From the IMG/VR virus record IMGVR_UViG_3300013126_000015, positions 22,818 to 86,817 of that record: a stretch of DNA of 64,000 nucleotides; one strand, given 5' to 3'. Position numbers and translations under genes: made by a program. Below the pieces are notes generated by a model that was not told the origin of the DNA, ran no database searches, and saw only the letters and a list, made by a program, of their open reading frames with translations. Shown piece by piece: positions 63,204 to 64,000 of the stretch. Positions within the stretch are counted from its first letter, which is position 1. Every line of letters starts with the position of its first letter. Origin of the DNA: a virus. Lineage: Duplodnaviria; Heunggongvirae; Uroviricota; Caudoviricetes.

Positions 63204-64000
63204 TCAATTCCATTCTATTTTTTTAACGGTATAATTATACAAAGCATCTTTGTAATATCGTTTTCGTTCAGTTAAGTGCCGTTTAGCAAATTTACAGGTT
63301 GATGTGATGTCCCAAATGTCTACATGTTCTTTGCCAAATCCTTTGCGTAACCCTCTACCAATAGACTGTATCACTCTCACAAATGATTTTCCAGGTTCTA
63401 TCATGACTAAATTATATAAAGACACAATGTTAATTCCAACTGCCGCAACTCCTGCAGTTGCTATTAGTATTTTACTATTTTCAGTCTTAAATGTGTCGTA
63501 TTCATCCTTGCGATCTTTAGTTTTTACTGCACCTGATACGAATACTGATCCCGGAATCAATGATTGTAGCATTTCTCCTGTATCAATGCGAGTCACCAGT
63601 ACTAAGGTATTTCCAGATTCAGCAATGGATGTAATCATTTTTGCCATAAATTCAACTCTTTTTTTGTCGGTAACCAAATATTTTACTTCATCTGGGTATT
63701 TTTTAAATCCCATGAAATCAATTAATTGCATAATATGAATGTGACAGGTTGATAATATTCCCTGCTCTTGCAATTCTGATGCTTTCACTTCATTGACTAC
63801 TGGGCCTAAACTGGTTAGCAATGACTGATAATTAAAATCTTCTTTTGGTATTGTTCCGGTTAGTCCCCACCTGATGGGGACATCTCTTAAATTCTGTGTT
63901 AATAATTGCCGCAGGACATTTGCTTTTGCTTGGTGTACTTCATCAACTATTACTGCATTAACTCCATCCAAAAATTTTTCTAAAGTAAGGGAATCATTAT
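63204..64000 (-). CDS. uvsW: UvsW-like SF2 DNA helicase, C-terminal part (DEVH box); N-terminus beyond window
   Basis: VDEVHQAK motif II, TGT motif III, QSIGRGLR motif VI; reading frame open to window edge. Confidence 0.65.
   Translation of the reverse strand, partial: NDSLTLEKFLDGVNAVIVDEVHQAKANVLRQLLTQNLRDVPIRWGLTGTIPKEDFNYQSLLTSLGPVVNEVKASELQEQGILSTCHIHIMQLIDFMGFKKYPDEVKYLVTDKKRVEFMAKMITSIAESGNTLVLVTRIDTGEMLQSLIPGSVFVSGAVKTKDRKDEYDTFKTENSKILIATAGVAAVGINIVSLYNLVMIEPGKSFVRVIQSIGRGLRKGFGKEHVDIWDITSTCKFAKRHLTERKRYYKDALYNYTVKKIEWN

Noticed and set aside
1-64000. tRNA genes
   Set aside because: T4-like phages often carry tRNA clusters, so the window was scanned by eye for GTTCGAATC-type T-loop motifs and cloverleaf-sized GC-rich patches. 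None were found. tRNAscan-SE would be needed to be sure.

Overview
This AT-rich (~33% GC) window looks like part of a T4-like myovirus genome. It carries T4-type replication genes: primase (gene 61), DnaB-like helicase (gene 41) and a partial UvsW helicase. It also has NAD+ salvage genes (nadV, natV), HNH and GIY-YIG homing endonucleases, and N-terminal capsid-targeting motifs of the T4 internal-protein type.

Bases 1-7700 form an early region of small + strand genes, most with their own near-consensus sigma70-type promoter (TTGACA-N16/17-TATACT/TATAAT).

The rest is mostly minus-strand accessory DNA. It contains:
- a restriction-modification-like cassette: SF2 helicase, Mrr-like nuclease and two paralogous N6-adenine methyltransferase-like genes;
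- two very large tandem arrays of 60-100 aa paralogs ending in conserved hydrophobic C-terminal motifs (family I ...GYWGxLxGDEKxINWLLLQL; family II ...DYNWFLLKW);
- a MORN-repeat protein, kinase-like and isochorismatase-like proteins with capsid-targeting sequences, and a Pol-beta nucleotidyltransferase;
- an RNA ligase + metallophosphoesterase pair;
- a GC-richer island encoding a secreted Ig-like/PT-rich protein, an SCPU pilin-like protein, an outer-membrane beta-barrel and a REC-GGDEF diguanylate cyclase with a His-rich lipoprotein.

Several precise promoters, terminators, a GC-rich tandem repeat and a candidate -1 frameshift site (A AAA AAG) are also reported. No tRNA or true CRISPR array was found by eye.
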